Made by a program: the position numbers and the translations under genes. Positions 40,097 to 52,852 of a stretch of DNA of 64,000 nucleotides are shown piece after piece. The notes beneath the pieces are model-generated. The model saw only the letters and a list, made by a program, of their open reading frames with translations. It was not told the DNA's origin and searched no databases. The stretch lies in contig NC_134035.1 of assembly GCF_964204645.1 (NCBI RefSeq), positions 8,402,451-8,466,450 of the forward strand, given 5' to 3'. The first letter of the stretch is position 1. Each line of letters begins with the position of its first letter. The DNA comes from Tubulanus polymorphus (lineage: Eukaryota > Animalia > Nemertea).

Positions 40097-42730
40097 CTAG
40101 AAGATAACGAAACGAAATGAATTATATTTCAAACTGACGGGTTTGCTTGGTATTTCACTTTTCAGATCTTTTCATTTATTTATTCACAGTCGGGGAATAT
40201 AACATCTTGAAACGTGCTCGGTGAAGGGTTAGTCGTAGTATCGATTCATCCAAACATCAATTACCCTTTAGATCTATAGCCGCGATCGCATGGAGATAAT
40301 TTGGCCCGGGTCAAACTGGCCCGGGTCCGGCCCGAATCAAATTCAGCCCGTGCCTAATTAGAGAGCTCGTTCACATGCGGACCAATCGTTCGATACTAAA
40401 CAAAGCGAAGTGAGTCACGGAACCAGTTGCAATTCCACGCAATAATTTGACCCGTGCTCGCGGCTTATATACGTCGAAACTGATTGTCCAATATAGATAT
40501 GAAGATATCATTCGGAAACTACTGTAAAAAGCTGCAAAGTTATAAGAAATTGCTCTGATGATGACCTTAGAGAAGCGTTCGAGAACAAACGATTTCTTAA
40601 TTAACATATTATGGTTTGAAAAGCCATGGAAGTTTTGATTGTAGGTAGACCCAGCTTTTAATCAAATGATAACATTTTAGTTGAAAAATAGTTTTATACC
40701 AATATCATACGTAGCAACTTATTCATAATCAAACAGATGCAAATACAATGGAACCTCGCTAATACGAATCTTGTGGACAGACGTGAAAATGTCCTATCAA
40801 ACGCGGGTTTCGTATATTATCCATTCTGGATTGATATAAAATAGCTGGGACGTGCTGGAAATCATCGCAATAATCGTAGCAATCGTCTCTAACAGATTCG
40901 TATTAACGAGGTTCAACAGTGTACGACAATACAATACATGACTGCATTTTGGCCCACGTGACCGTGACCGGTGTCACAGACGAAATGTATCAATGAATAT
41001 GGTAGACACTGACCAATATCAAATGACTTCGAACGCTCAACCCTAATACGTGCACGTGGTGATCTTATGTCTGGATATACCTATACGCGAAACCCGATAG
41101 GCATAGATGCTTGGTTTGTTTTTTACATAACCGTCCGGGAATATCTAGGAATATCGGAATACTAGCGATTACACGATACATAACGGACCATTCGAATAGC
41201 AAGACGACGGAATTCGTTGGAATATGGAACAACACGTACAAATGTTTTCAAAGCAGTTTCTGAAGGTAAGGCAGTATCTACACTCCATTTTAATTACCTC
41301 TTAAGGCGTACGAACCTCGTAGCTTTTTTTGCGGACTGGATGTATAGGGATGGTATGGGTATATTTGAATACGTACTGTGATCGGGGCAAGTCAACGTTC
41401 ACAGAGTCGGGAATTTTACTGCAGATTAATGTGTAACGCTAACACTATGATCAAAGGTTCGAAAAAATAACCCATTAGTGATAAATGGATAATTTAGATT
41501 ATTCATATAGGCGCAGGTTTAACATCAACTTGTTCAAGCTGAGCTTAGGTAAATATGCTTATTTCGTTTCTTGGACGGCGGCATTTTCGATTGTGGCCGT
41601 GTCGTATCGTGGTGGCCTGAGCTATAGATATCTCGTAAACCATATATACAATGGTCATACGGTCTACTCGTTTTGAATATCTGCAACTTTTGATGAAAGA
41701 TAATAGATCAGAAAGAGTCACCGGAAATGAATAAGCGTTCCTCCGTACATCTTGCGCATCAATTTCAAAGAAATCTTAAATGAAAGAGGGAACTACGCAG
41801 TTGGCTATAAGCCGTCCCGAATTAATTCTTCGTTTTTCCGACGCAAGTACTATACACACGCGAGCGAATCGTCGCGTATTTTTTCTGTTTCCGTCGTGCG
41901 GGAGATGGTGTTTTTTATCCGGCTAGTTTTTATTCTTTCCTCAGAAGCTGATGTCAGCATCAACAAGTTAATGACTGACTTCCATTAGGCCCGATCCAAT
42001 CTGAACCCTACTATATATGCCGTCTGCTAATTCTGACGCAGTAATTAACGTTTTGATTTTGTTTGTGCGTATCAGCACCGGTTACGCGCGTTTTATGCGC
42101 TTGTATCGTTGTTATCATTGTTATTATTCAGGCGTATATCGCCCCTCCCATCCTCTAGTGCGCTGTCATTATTGACACTATTAAACGCCACGAAGCCGTA
42201 CCTTACGCTACCCAGGGAAATCACGTACCAACGATAGCTATTTACGGGTTGAAGTAAGATGAAGTTAGAATCAATTACGTCTGGACGAAGGCCATTAAAC
42301 GAAGGGCTTGGTCCAAGCATCTGCAAGTTTATATGCAAATAATCTCTATCCCCAATTCGGCATGACAGACGACAGTAAAGGCTTTGTCCGTTGTCATAGA
42401 AGGAAGTGCCTCCACTTATCTGCGTTAAGAGATCTCAGGATTAGGGGTTTTGGTCAGGGTCAGCAGTCCCACTATGACTCTTTAACTTAATCCGTCAACA
42501 TATTGTTGGGGGCATCCGACATCGAAGGCATCTGATTCTACGTCACCGGGATGTCAGATTTCATTCGTTGTTGAATGGTCCACAAATCGAGCACGTAATA
42601 AGTTGCCCGTATCCGAAACATTGGCACATCTAATCCTTCGACATAGTATGACATTGACTGATCAGACCTTGAACGTCTGGTCGTATGAATAAAACATAGA
42701 GACGCCTGTCATTCAAATCACGTATCTTAC

Positions 42731-42791
42731 CAAGTATTTTCCAGAGTTGTTCTCACTACAGCCCACGGAACGACCGAAAACAACGGTGTTA
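42731..42791 (-). CDS. Class B1 GPCR TM4 exon (TPLFSVVPWAVVRTTLENT)
   Basis: 61 nt; ttttcag acceptor, gtaaga donor; phases 1/2 match neighbours. Confidence 0.92.
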
Positions 42792-43024
42792 CTGAAAAGA
42801 AATATCGACAACGATGTATATACACTAAAAGTATATCAACATGAATCGATTGATGATTCACAATGATTAATTAATCGCGATTAGAATTTCGAATAGAATG
42901 AGAACGAATCCATTTATCAACTCGGCAACAGGTAGCGTGTCGTTGGCGCGAGTTTTCTGAATTAGAAATTCGTAAACCTTTGGCGATTCACTCATTAAAA
43001 GTAGAAATAATGAAGATCAATAAC

Positions 43025-43241
43025 TACGGAAGCGTCCTTGGGACATATCTATTCAAAAGCAAATTTCGAGGTTAATTCCGAGTTTGTAACTCGGAATAAG
43101 CTATTTTTCTCTATTAAATATGATTTTCGAGGTTAATTCCGAAAATCGCTTTTCACTGAGAAAACTAGTTTATTCCGAGTTACAAACTAGGGATAAACCT
43201 CGAATTTCTTTTTAATAATATGTCCCCAGGACGCTACCGTG
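43025..43241. mobile_element. Non-autonomous TIR element, IS3EU-like (TACGG...CCGTR, 6-bp TSD)
   Basis: TIR TACGGAAGCGTCC-TGGGACATAT; TSD AATAAC both sides; internal ~60-bp subterminal units. Confidence 0.75.
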
Positions 43242-43331
43242 AATAACGTCACAACATTCTTTGTGTATACAATTATGTCAGGTACTAATCTATTTTGCGT
43301 TCATGGACATGGGACTCGGGAGGTAACTTAC

Positions 43332-43488
43332 TCCATCCGGCGAATATGAGGTATCTGACTACTTTTGTCTCTTTGAACACGGGCACGTAGATAACCATGT
43401 GCAGATACAGTCCTTCAACCAGTATCCACGAATAGTTTGCCGATATCGTGTAGAAGAAAATCGTGAAAAACAATTTACATTCCCAGTG
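43332..43488 (-). CDS. Class B1 GPCR TM3-ICL2 exon (HWECKLFF...ANYSWILVEGLYLH...GW)
   Basis: NYxWxLVEGLYLH signature; acceptor ttccag, donor gtaagt. Confidence 0.96.
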
Positions 43489-43670
43489 CTGGAAATAATA
43501 TGAATATAATATGACAATATCGTACGTTTATACGCATATTCACGTGAGGGAATGAAGCAAAACGACTAATATAAATATGGATAGACACAAAGTACTGAGA
43601 TGCAGTATAGGCTTCGGTGGTCGAATTTTTTAATCTATTTCTGCGTCCCTTTGGAATGACGCTGACGAAA

Positions 43671-43911
43671 TGTAGAGAGAATCCCACAATTATAACGAAA
43701 AAGTCCGAAAATGAAACTTCGAGATATATCGAGATATATTCGACTATAACCTAATAGTCATCTTCAGGATTATTCCTGAAGATGACTATTAGGATATAGT
43801 CGAAACGTTGAAATAAACTACTATCTCGAAGTTTCATTTTCGGACTTTTTCGTTATAATTGTGGGATTCTCTCTACATCGTGTCAACACGGATATAGTGT
43901 TCTATCAATCG
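43671..43911 (+). mobile_element. Penelope-like inverted terminal-repeat insertion with hammerhead core and 14-bp TSD
   Basis: TSD TGACGCTGACGAAA at 43657-43670 and 43912-43925; inverted arms 43670-43727 / 43822-43878; 33-bp unpaired 3' tail. Confidence 0.8.
43770..43816 (+). ncRNA. Minimal type I hammerhead ribozyme motif
   Basis: TTATTC CTGAAGA T GACTAT taggat ATAGTC GAAAC GTT GAAATAA: intact core, 6-bp helix II, bulged helix I, palindromic ACGT helix III. Confidence 0.7.
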
Positions 43912-44218
43912 TGACGCTGACGAAAGTCTTCGCTGTACCTCAGATCAAGACACTTCCAAACGATTACTAAAGCATTCACTTTTCCCGCGTGAACTTAGGT
44001 GCGCAGAGAAATAGGTGCTTTGTAAGTGTTTATTACTGTCGTTATCATTATTATAGACATCATCAGGGTAAGGACCGATGTAAGGTGGGCCTGGCGAGGA
44101 CCGATATCGCACTTTCGCGTTACGCATTTCGGTTCTACTCGTGCACTGCCAAACTATACAACATTTGACCACAAGTCATAATAAATTGGGCACTGATTCA
44201 TTATTTATCATTCAGTTA

Positions 44219-44397
44219 AGCTCAACGTACACGACGCAGGGAAACACAAAAACAAGAGATAGAAACATGTTTCCGAGCTGTGTTGTATTGTGTGCATTTG
44301 CGAGGAACGGGGAACGTGGTTTCGGCAAACAATGTTTGATTCCGTTTCCGTGCGTGTCCGTATTTCCCTGTTTCCCTGTGTCGTGTGCGTTGAAAGT
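44219..44397. mobile_element. MITE; related copy at ~63417-63589
   Basis: TIR CAACGTACACGACGCAGGGAAAC / GTTTCCCTGTGTCGTGTGCGTTG; GGAAAC/GTTTCC internal repeats. Confidence 0.65.
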
Positions 44398-45364
44398 AGT
44401 AGGTGGACACAGATTGACCGGAATTTCACTCATTTTGAATTTTCCATGGTCGGCTTTGTTCGGCTGTGAACCGACATTTCAAATGTGCAATACATCTGAA
44501 TCGCCAGGCAGGAAACCGTTGGCTGTGTGGTGTTTAGTGTTTAGTGCTTAGTGTTGCTTCATTATGATAGAAATCTAAAGATTATTCAATTTCTTAAGTA
44601 CGGAATTTCATTTTTTAACTCAGATTCGTCCCGCATTGACACCTCAGACTAGAGTAAACTATTTCCCTTAGCGTGAAATACGCGTAGAATTCCGCGAAAT
44701 TGCCGTTTTCAGTTTTTTTTTGCCCGACCGACGCGGTTATAAAAACTGCGCTAAAATCAGCTATTATTTCATTAGCGTGCCGGGCGCTTCGGGCGGCGGT
44801 CGTTTATTTAGGGTTCGCGGCATCTTTGACTTTCATCGCGGCTCCAGATTCTCCCTCGCGGTCGCGCGCGCGCTTCGTTTTCACTGCAGACTTCGGCGTT
44901 CGCGATTGTAATTAGTTTCGAATGAAATTGACTTGTACCCGAGGCACGCGGCAAACGGCGGTCGGGACGTAACATTAACGACATAAAAAAAAAAACAGAC
45001 GAACGTCGCCGCGATTTTACATCGACTCGTGAGATTTGATTAAAATCGAGTATATGAAAAAATAACGCGGCGCAGTTTTCGCCACTATCTATAAAGTGAA
45101 GAACGGCATGTTCGAGTTAAATATACCCGTGTATATATATTGCTGATATCGAGAGACCTATCTGATGGAGCGTGCCATCAAACGACAGCTTAGACCTTCA
45201 TTGGCGCGCAACACAGAAGAAGGACCAACGCGACGTTACTGCCTTGTATCATCTCATATCATGGGAAACGATGGGTAGGGCGTCCTCGTTTCAGCTTCCT
45301 GTTTGCATCCAGGGTCTCTCCGAGAGCGAGATAGTTCGTGCGGCCCAAGACTGTTCAGCCGACA

Positions 45365-45466
<102 letters not shown>

Positions 45467-46266
45467 ATATCAAGGACGATGATACCGAGTAAGTTTTATT
45501 TGGATGAATTGTCTTTGAACATCAATATATCCATCGGGCTGATGGACGTATTACAGTGGAATCTCGTTACAACGAACTTCAGGCTGCCAAAAATCTGTTC
45601 GATATAACCAAGTGTCAATTTGACGCTTCCAATGACTGCAAATTTCCGAGTTCTCTCGCGAAAAGGTTATAACGAAAAAAAGTCACCATGATTTAACTAG
45701 CTCTATGATAGTTGATAATCCGGGATTTGTAATTAGATAGATTTCTTCAAGAATGAAGGCATATTTCATCACTTTGCTCCAGTCGGTGACTCTATTCATA
45801 TTAATCGAATGCAAGTTGGTAAAACGACCGATTTCTCACTTTTCGGATGACCGATTCGTGCGTCAGTGATTTTCCATGAAAGTTTAACGGTATGAAGTAA
45901 ACATACAATCGCTTCATTCTTGATGAACTTGTTTAAATACATGACTCTGTTTACCAATTATAGCTAATTGAATCAGCGGTGATAGTTTATCGGGAAAACC
46001 TAGCTGTATCCAGTAATAGAAAATTACTAAAATTGTCCTGTTTGGGAAGAAATTCCAGGTTTGTGATAACCGATAAATCGTTACACCCGAGGTCGTTATA
46101 ACCAGGTTCTACTGTATTCCCTGTTTGTACTCGTGGCAGGGTTTCATTTCGTGCAGAAATCATTCATACGGTATGTTGATGCTTGTACATACTTGTAGTT
46201 CTAACGCGTTAAATGACTGAAATGTGCGAAGATAGATATATCTGGTGCAATCGAACTCAAGCCATT

Positions 46267-46445
46267 TGTAATGAGATAAAAACCCACTATCTACAGATTA
46301 AAAGAATTGCAAAATCAAGAATTTATTTATTCGAACAATCTAAAATATATAGAACGCACGACGTTTCGATCTCACCCTAGAGATCATCGTCAGTGACGGG
46401 TTTTTATCTTATTATCCGTTCACCACGTTTGAGTTCTATCGTTCT
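46267..46445. mobile_element. Penelope-like inverted insertion; hammerhead core on minus strand 46360-46393
   Basis: CTGACGA T GATCTC tagggt GAGATC GAAACGTC; inverted ends 46269-46285 / 46398-46414; ~31-bp tail; AAGCCATT direct repeat at 46259-46266 and 46446-46453. Confidence 0.7.
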
Positions 46446-46784
46446 AAGCCATTCATGATTCCATTAAGTCAGCGTTTTCTTCGCGAACAGGTGTGAACGA
46501 ATAAGAGCCATATAATGTCGATTCACCAAAAGACCCTTTCTAGATATATCTACAAGGTAATCATCAAGTCACGAACCCCATTTCAAAATTAAGTCAAGCA
46601 TTGGCCCATGAGCCGAGGCCGCCGTGTCGTATTGACATTGTTTACACTGGTATATACTGCAACTCTGACGAGCGATAGACCATATTGACCGAGTTGTTGG
46701 TACACCAGGTTGGCCGCTTTTTGCATCGGCGGCCGTTTATCCCACACCAGACCCAATACCATGCACGACGACGAATGTACTTAC

Positions 46785-46953
46785 AGATGAATCGGGCCGG
46801 AATGCTACGGTGCCGTCCGCGTGCGATTCGACATCCGAGGCGAATCCCAGTTTTTGGACGAGTAACGTGTCCTTCATCAAGTTCGTAGCCGCCCTCAGGA
46901 TGAACGACACGAATAGATGCAAGTGGATCGTGTTTCTGCTACACGACAGCCTC
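46785..46953 (-). CDS. Class B1 GPCR ICL1-TM2-ECL1 exon ([21 protein letters not shown]...)
   Basis: RLxCxRNxIHxHLFxSFILRA motif; donor gtaagt. Confidence 0.95.
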
Positions 46954-47015
46954 CTGTTAACGAAGAGAAATCGTATTTGTGTTACAATTTAACGAATGTT
47001 AGGAATATTAGTATC

Positions 47016-47184
47016 GATGAAACACTCTGTATCCGTGTTGTGACGATGATAATACGAATTCCCACAAAGACGACGAAAAATGAACTCTATATATTTCCTG
47101 TTCATTCGATTCGACGTTTCGACTATATCCTAACAGTCATTTTCAGGAATAGAATTTCAAAGATTCGCGTTCCTGAAAATGACT
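47016..47184 (-). mobile_element. Penelope-like relic of the 43671 family; hammerhead core with G8>A change
   Basis: Minus: ATTC CTGAAAA T GACTGT taggat ATAGTC GAAACGTC GAAT; same caacacggat...gtgtt tail; short inverted stub at 47170-47184. Confidence 0.7.
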
Positions 47185-48209
47185 TTTGTATCATTTGTGC
47201 GGGGTACTTAACGAATATAACAAATGCAAATGATCACTGTTGGGTTGTGTACGCAGTAACTCAGGTTGACCAGGAACGACTTAAGTCTCTAAAGTTCAGA
47301 TGAAGCGTGAGAGAGTACAAGTCACATTTACCAAGATGAACTCCGTGAAAACGTCTCTGACACGTTTAAATTTTCAAATGTTGGCCCTCGGCAGTGTTCC
47401 GTACCTGTGGTGCTCACCACGGCGCCTTCGGCCCTTCCGTTCGATCACATACTTCCACTAACATTTAATTCGTGAGTAAAGAATATTAATAATAATAAAC
47501 AACTATCAACGAATCGGAACGCACCCACGGTGAATGCTAGCTATACCCCGCCCCCCGCCCGGAAGTCCATATTTTGGTAACTTGATATTTGCTGATTATA
47601 TTTCTCCCATACTAAGCTATTTGTTGTTACTTTATATATAAATACAGGACTCAATCTCTGATAAAGGTTTAACTCTTAAATCCAATTAGTTTCAACTAAT
47701 CGTAAATCCGTTTAAACTTATTTGTGTAACGAGCATAATTTTCCTTTCCTTGGCCCTGCAGGAGGTGATTACTATGGCCAGTTTAAATGGCAGGGATTGA
47801 CTGTCTAATGACCAGTTCACAGAAAAACATCAGTATATCCCCCACGACTAATGTGATAAATGCGTCTGAGTAAGTGACAAAGTGTAAATGATTCAAAATA
47901 TGTCACTCATTATCTGCATGCACATTCGTCGTGATTTGAGACCACTCTATTCAAGTTATCCCTGTTTCGTACTTATGGCGCGTAGATCCGGGCCACGGAA
48001 TCCAATTATTAAAGACGTCAGAGGAGACGAAGAACATATTCAGAAATCTCGATGGGGGAAACGTTCGAAGTGTCTGTTTTTGAATCGAGAACTGTGCTTG
48101 ACATATGCTATTAATTTTGAAAATAGGCAGTATGGAGCTATTATCACGTTATATCATGGTATTATATAAACGTGTAGGACTTCTTCTTGGTTTATTCACA
48201 GTTTTTAGA

Positions 48210-48500
48210 AATGATGATAGTAATGATAAGAATAACGATAATGATAACGATAATAATGATAAGTGCTTGCGTAGCGCTTTTTCAAATAAGGTTTGCTCAT
48301 AGCGCTAATCTCTCCAAAAGGTATCGCGAAAAAGCGAAGATTTTTACTGTCTTTTAAAACTGTCCGGGGATGAAGACATTCTAACTGAGGTCGGCAAACT
48401 GTTTCATAGTTTTGGGCCGGGAATAGAAAAGGCACGATCACCAAGATTTGAGTTAGTGCGATTAGCAACATGGGATTAAATCTCTTAGATCTAGTATAAC
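48210..48500 (-). mobile_element. L2 LINE 3' end
   Basis: Minus frame LGDRAFSIPGPKL*NSLPTSVRMSSSPDSFKRQ*K, then agcgct stem-loop and (ATT/ATC)n tail. Confidence 0.8.
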
Positions 48501-49808
48501 GAGTTTTTTCGGTATCTACCGTTAAAAGTGCCGTGTCTTTTCTTTGAGTTGTATGATAGAAAATCGCTTTTTTTCATACAATAATAAACTAAAAACGTAT
48601 TCATTTACCTAATGATTAAAGGTGGTGTCTTTTCGTCACACATCGAAGGTAAAAACATTAGCGCGAAGGGAATCGTTCCCGTTACTAATCAAAATCTATT
48701 CATTTCCTTTGGCGCCGTCGGTTTCGTCTAATGATAATTGACTATCTGTAAAAACGGCCACAGGACCTTACAGATATGTTAACCGTTTCGTTGCCGAGAT
48801 TTAATTTCCTGCGTTCGACGTTGATATTCGTTTACTATATCGCGAAACCATTAACGCGCGCGCTAGTGCATATCGTAAATCCGCGAGCTTATCCCATTCA
48901 ACGCAGGTGGCAACACTTTGCCGCCGTTTGTAAGCTCGTTGATGCAATCCTGCAGATTTGGATTGACTTAAAAGGAGAACGCGAAATTTCTGCCCGGAGC
49001 AGTTCCTCGTCGGGAAAACTGCAGCAGAGCGGCGTTGTACGATTCAATGAGCTTATTCTTATTCATTCCGGCATCGGGCTTTGCGTTCATTACCGAACTT
49101 TAATTGCTCGCATTTTCGCGTTTCTTTTGAAATTCTCTTCGTATCGACGCGCGGAATCAAGGGCGAAATTTTCCAGTGCTCAGAAAGCGATTACAGGAAA
49201 CGGAGCGCCTGAATTTTGAACGCGCGTTGTCATTATCATAATGAACGAGGACGTACATTTTTATACGGCCAACTACAGACGACTTTATCTTCGAGGAAAT
49301 TTCGCTATCGAATCATGTAATCTATGTTGTCACATGATTTCATAAGAATTTGCTATCTATATTCAGAACTAGCGGAGACTGAATGGAGAACGATGGTCAC
49401 TTATAGCCATTCGCGAGGTGGTTGATTCGAGCAGTGAAAATAGTTCTGTTCACAAAATCTTTTTTTTTCGGTTTTCTCAACCATAATTATACAATTTGGT
49501 TCTCTCGGGCAAGAAGACAAAACCATTTTGAATTTCTACTTCAAGAAAACCTGAATTAATGATTTCTTATGATTTCTCACTTGTGGTTATCTAAGATTTT
49601 CTGTTAAGCTTTTGGCCGTTTTCGGTATGGCCCGAACACTTTTTGGCCATCATGCCGTGATAATGATCGTTATATTTTTCAACCAAAAATTAAACTTGAT
49701 GAACTTTAATGCACTTGGGTCGGTTTAAGTTAAGCAGATCAAACATTTAGTAGTTGGGACCCACGCGTAGCTTCCCGTAAGTTGAGACGTGGTTTTACTG
49801 ATAATTAC

Positions 49809-49903
49809 CTGAGTGATATGAGAATTATGACAGCGGTCAGCAGTGAAACCATAGACAGTGCGTATCCGATGTTATACATAGTAGTCAAGTAGTCGATGTG
49901 GCG
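49809..49903 (-). CDS. Class B1 GPCR TM1 exon (RHIDYLTTMYNIGYALSMVSLLTAVIILISL)
   Basis: YxxGYxxSxxSL TM1 signature; 95 nt; ag/gt boundaries in phase. Confidence 0.93.
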
Positions 49904-50696
49904 CTAGAATAACGATAGTAAACAAATTTGGTTAGTTAAACAATTCTGCCGAATTCATCTGCACGAATGCAATGAATTGTTTGGAAATTTGATGTACAAA
50001 TTTCTATAGAAAAGCAGTAAATAGTGATATTTCCTAAACCTACTGATTGTTATCTGACTGGTAAAACATATACTCTATTTTTTTTATATTTCGTTCGAAA
50101 GGAATAGAATGGTTAATTGATAATGACCAGTCTCTCCGCTTTGATAACGAGGTTAGGTTTGGAGTAGGAATAAACAGATGTTAGAGATTTTCTTCACTTC
50201 TCGGTTTCGAATGTACACGGATGAGGTCATTTAAAGGATGTCGGTACATTTAAGAAAACGAAATTCAATCTCCCAATACCCCTTTCTAATCTAGTGGATT
50301 TAAACAGATAGAATGCTTAATTCTTGAAACCATCTTCACCAACTCCATGCTAGTACCCGGGTCAACATCCACAATTCGTGACGTCAACGGATTTATTCCA
50401 AGGCGGTTATTCTTCAGAAACATAGCTTACCACTCTTAATTAACTGTATCATCTCTTATACAACATATAATATCTATCATTTCTAAAATGACATAATTAG
50501 ATAGCGGTGTACGCTTTCAGAACCTTCAGCAGGCCTATCTATTGTTGCGGGCGGTTCGAACGTAAAGTCCGTAGATGGAAGCGTGCCGGGGTTCATCCTA
50601 CAACCCTGTTCACTTGAGAACCTTTAAACGCCCCAAGTGTCGTCAGATACGTTTGTATAAATGGTATACGAGCACCACTTATAGTTCTTCCCTTAC

Positions 50697-50830
50697 CACG
50701 ATTAGTGTTGAAATATTGCCGTATTCTTGTGTGTTGTTGCTGAGACAATCCGTGTAATTTGTCCACGAAGCATTTGTCACGTTGCTGACATACCACGTCC
50801 CGTCTCGCGTACATTCTTTCGTCGCAAAAC
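50697..50830 (-). CDS. Class B1 GPCR ECD exon (GFATKECTRDGTWY...WTNYTDC...)
   Basis: CxxxGxW and WTNYxxC motifs; acceptor gacag, donor gtaagg; not in the ORF track in this frame. Confidence 0.93.
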
Positions 50831-51774
50831 CTGTCAAGGCGAAAAGAAGAACACAATTTCGCTATTTAGCAGCCTCGCCGATACGCGTGCTAAATGCGTT
50901 AACGGGGATTCGGGTAGAAAGTGCCTTCGTCTGCCAAGCTACGGTTCACTTAAAATTGCCGGTTTATATATTTCTACGTCGGTTGACAATGTCGTCTCTC
51001 CACCAAGTCGATGGAAGATATAGTTTACACCCGGAACTGTAGTTTTTCTGAATATCCCTAAATGTCTAAGTGGAGCCCCCTGTAGAAGTATGAGTTTATC
51101 GAATTTTAGATTATCGTCTATCTAAGGAAATGGAAAGTTCGTCGATCTTTGCAAACGATACTTTGATTATTTTGGCATATTAAAATCTTATTTTCAAATT
51201 ATACCAATACAAGAATAGAGTATGTATTCACAAGCAAAGCGTCAAAGTGTGGAATATGAATAGTTTTATCTAACATTTGGTGGGATATTTTGAAATATAG
51301 AAATACAAGAGAGTGTCTGTTGTGTTAGTTACGGGTTGAAGTGGTTGTTTTTGGGCACACGTTTCAATGGACAGGATATATATTCATTACATATTATTGA
51401 AACTCATCCAAATAAAATTGGCAGCATTTGAAATCGATTTAGAATTTTGTTCAAAGTTGAGATTTGAGTCACCGTGGAGAAGAAAAAAAAGCATTTTGAG
51501 TTGATATTTTATTGGTGTTAAGAATATGGAGAAGATTGTTCTGTTCAAAAAAAGGACGGAATTGGAGAAATGCGGTAAGTCGATTGGGCTTGCGACACTT
51601 TATTAGGAATACGTAACGTAAATGCCGCGATTTCTGGAGCTTCTTAAGACCAAAAAATACATTTCCGTATATCAGGTGCGATCGAACACAAGCCAGGGAG
51701 TCAAAGACGGAAATCCATAGTTTGGTTAGATACCCGTGATGGCTTGCGGGGACGGATGTTGTGTATGCACGTAC

Positions 51775-51885
51775 CGTCTTTGGTGAATGCGCTGAAGTAG
51801 GTCGCACATCTCATGCTGACCGTTTGTCCGGCCGGGGTTTCCGGCCAACACATAATGCCATCCCAGGTTCGGTCGCAGTACTGGC
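51775..51885 (-). CDS. Class B1 GPCR ECD exon (QYCDRTWDGIMCWPETPAGQTVSMRCATYF)
   Basis: Hormone-receptor domain signature CxxxWDxxxCWP; ag/gt boundaries; 111 nt. Confidence 0.95.
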
Positions 51886-52124
51886 CTACAAACGAAACGA
51901 AAAACAAATAAAATGAACGAAGAGACTATTTTGATGGTGCATGGAAACAATTTGGTCGAGGTATATTTACCTAGGAAAAATGGCCAGGGAAAATTAGATC
52001 AAAATCTAACTACCATTTCATTAATTTCGACAAAACTATACAATATACACTATTTCATAGAGATTTCTCTCGACTTCTAGCGTCCGATCAGTTTTGATTC
52101 GACGACGCCGCGGCATTAACTCAC

Positions 52125-52210
52125 CTGGCTCTCCGAGTGGCTGCACCGAGTTCATCTGATTTCGACATAATTCTTCGGTTCGAGACAGAGTCATTCCCAT
52201 ATCAGGCGAT
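52125..52210 (-). CDS. Class B1 GPCR (PTH receptor-like), exon with first ECD cysteine (SPDMGMTLSRTEELCRNQMNSVQPLGEP); possible start Met at 52200
   Basis: Polypyrimidine tract + ag acceptor at 52211; donor CCAG|gtgagt; phase matches the next exon. Confidence 0.8.
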
Positions 52211-52734
52211 CTGTATACGCAAAGAGAGATGAGAAAATGAGGTGAAACGAAACGGACTCCGAAACGGACTCCGACTGCAAATATCGTAATTCACGTTACG
52301 GAAGATGCGAAAGAAAACTCAGTAATTGGCCACCAGAAAATAACGGCACTTGGAAGCGTCCAATTTACACTTCAGCTACAACGGAATGCGTATACACATA
52401 TATGACAAGGGCAACGTGGAGGACTAGACAACACGTCTTATTTTCGTTTTGTAGTTAGCAAACGTTGATAGGAAACCGCAGAAGTTCAACGGGAAGATAG
52501 ATCGATTCCGCCGTATGTTAGAAGACTCGCGTCGCATCGCGGTTAATCCCAAGCTAAATCACATACGGCGAATAGGTCTCGATTAAAGGGTCTCAACTTC
52601 TATTACGCGTGTGACATGTGCGCATTTCTGAGGTTTCGATCTCGCAGTTCCGACGATGAGTTATAGTTCCCCAGCCCCAGTAACTGACCGGCGATTGATT
52701 CAAACTATTCGCACTTTTAAAACTATCATACAAC

Positions 52735-52852
52735 AGGGCCCGGTTTTATGGACTGGTATATTATCCCTTATCCTGAGGCCAATTCGATTCATTTTCAATT
52801 GGGCTATTCTTCGAGTTGACAACGTTTATACTAGTCTATAGAACCGGGTCCT
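52735..52852. mobile_element. MITE with 26-bp TIR, sharing the TTCATTTTCAAT central core
   Basis: AGGGCCCGGTTTTATGGACTGGTATA ... TATACTAGTCTATAGAACCGGGTCCT. Confidence 0.7.
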
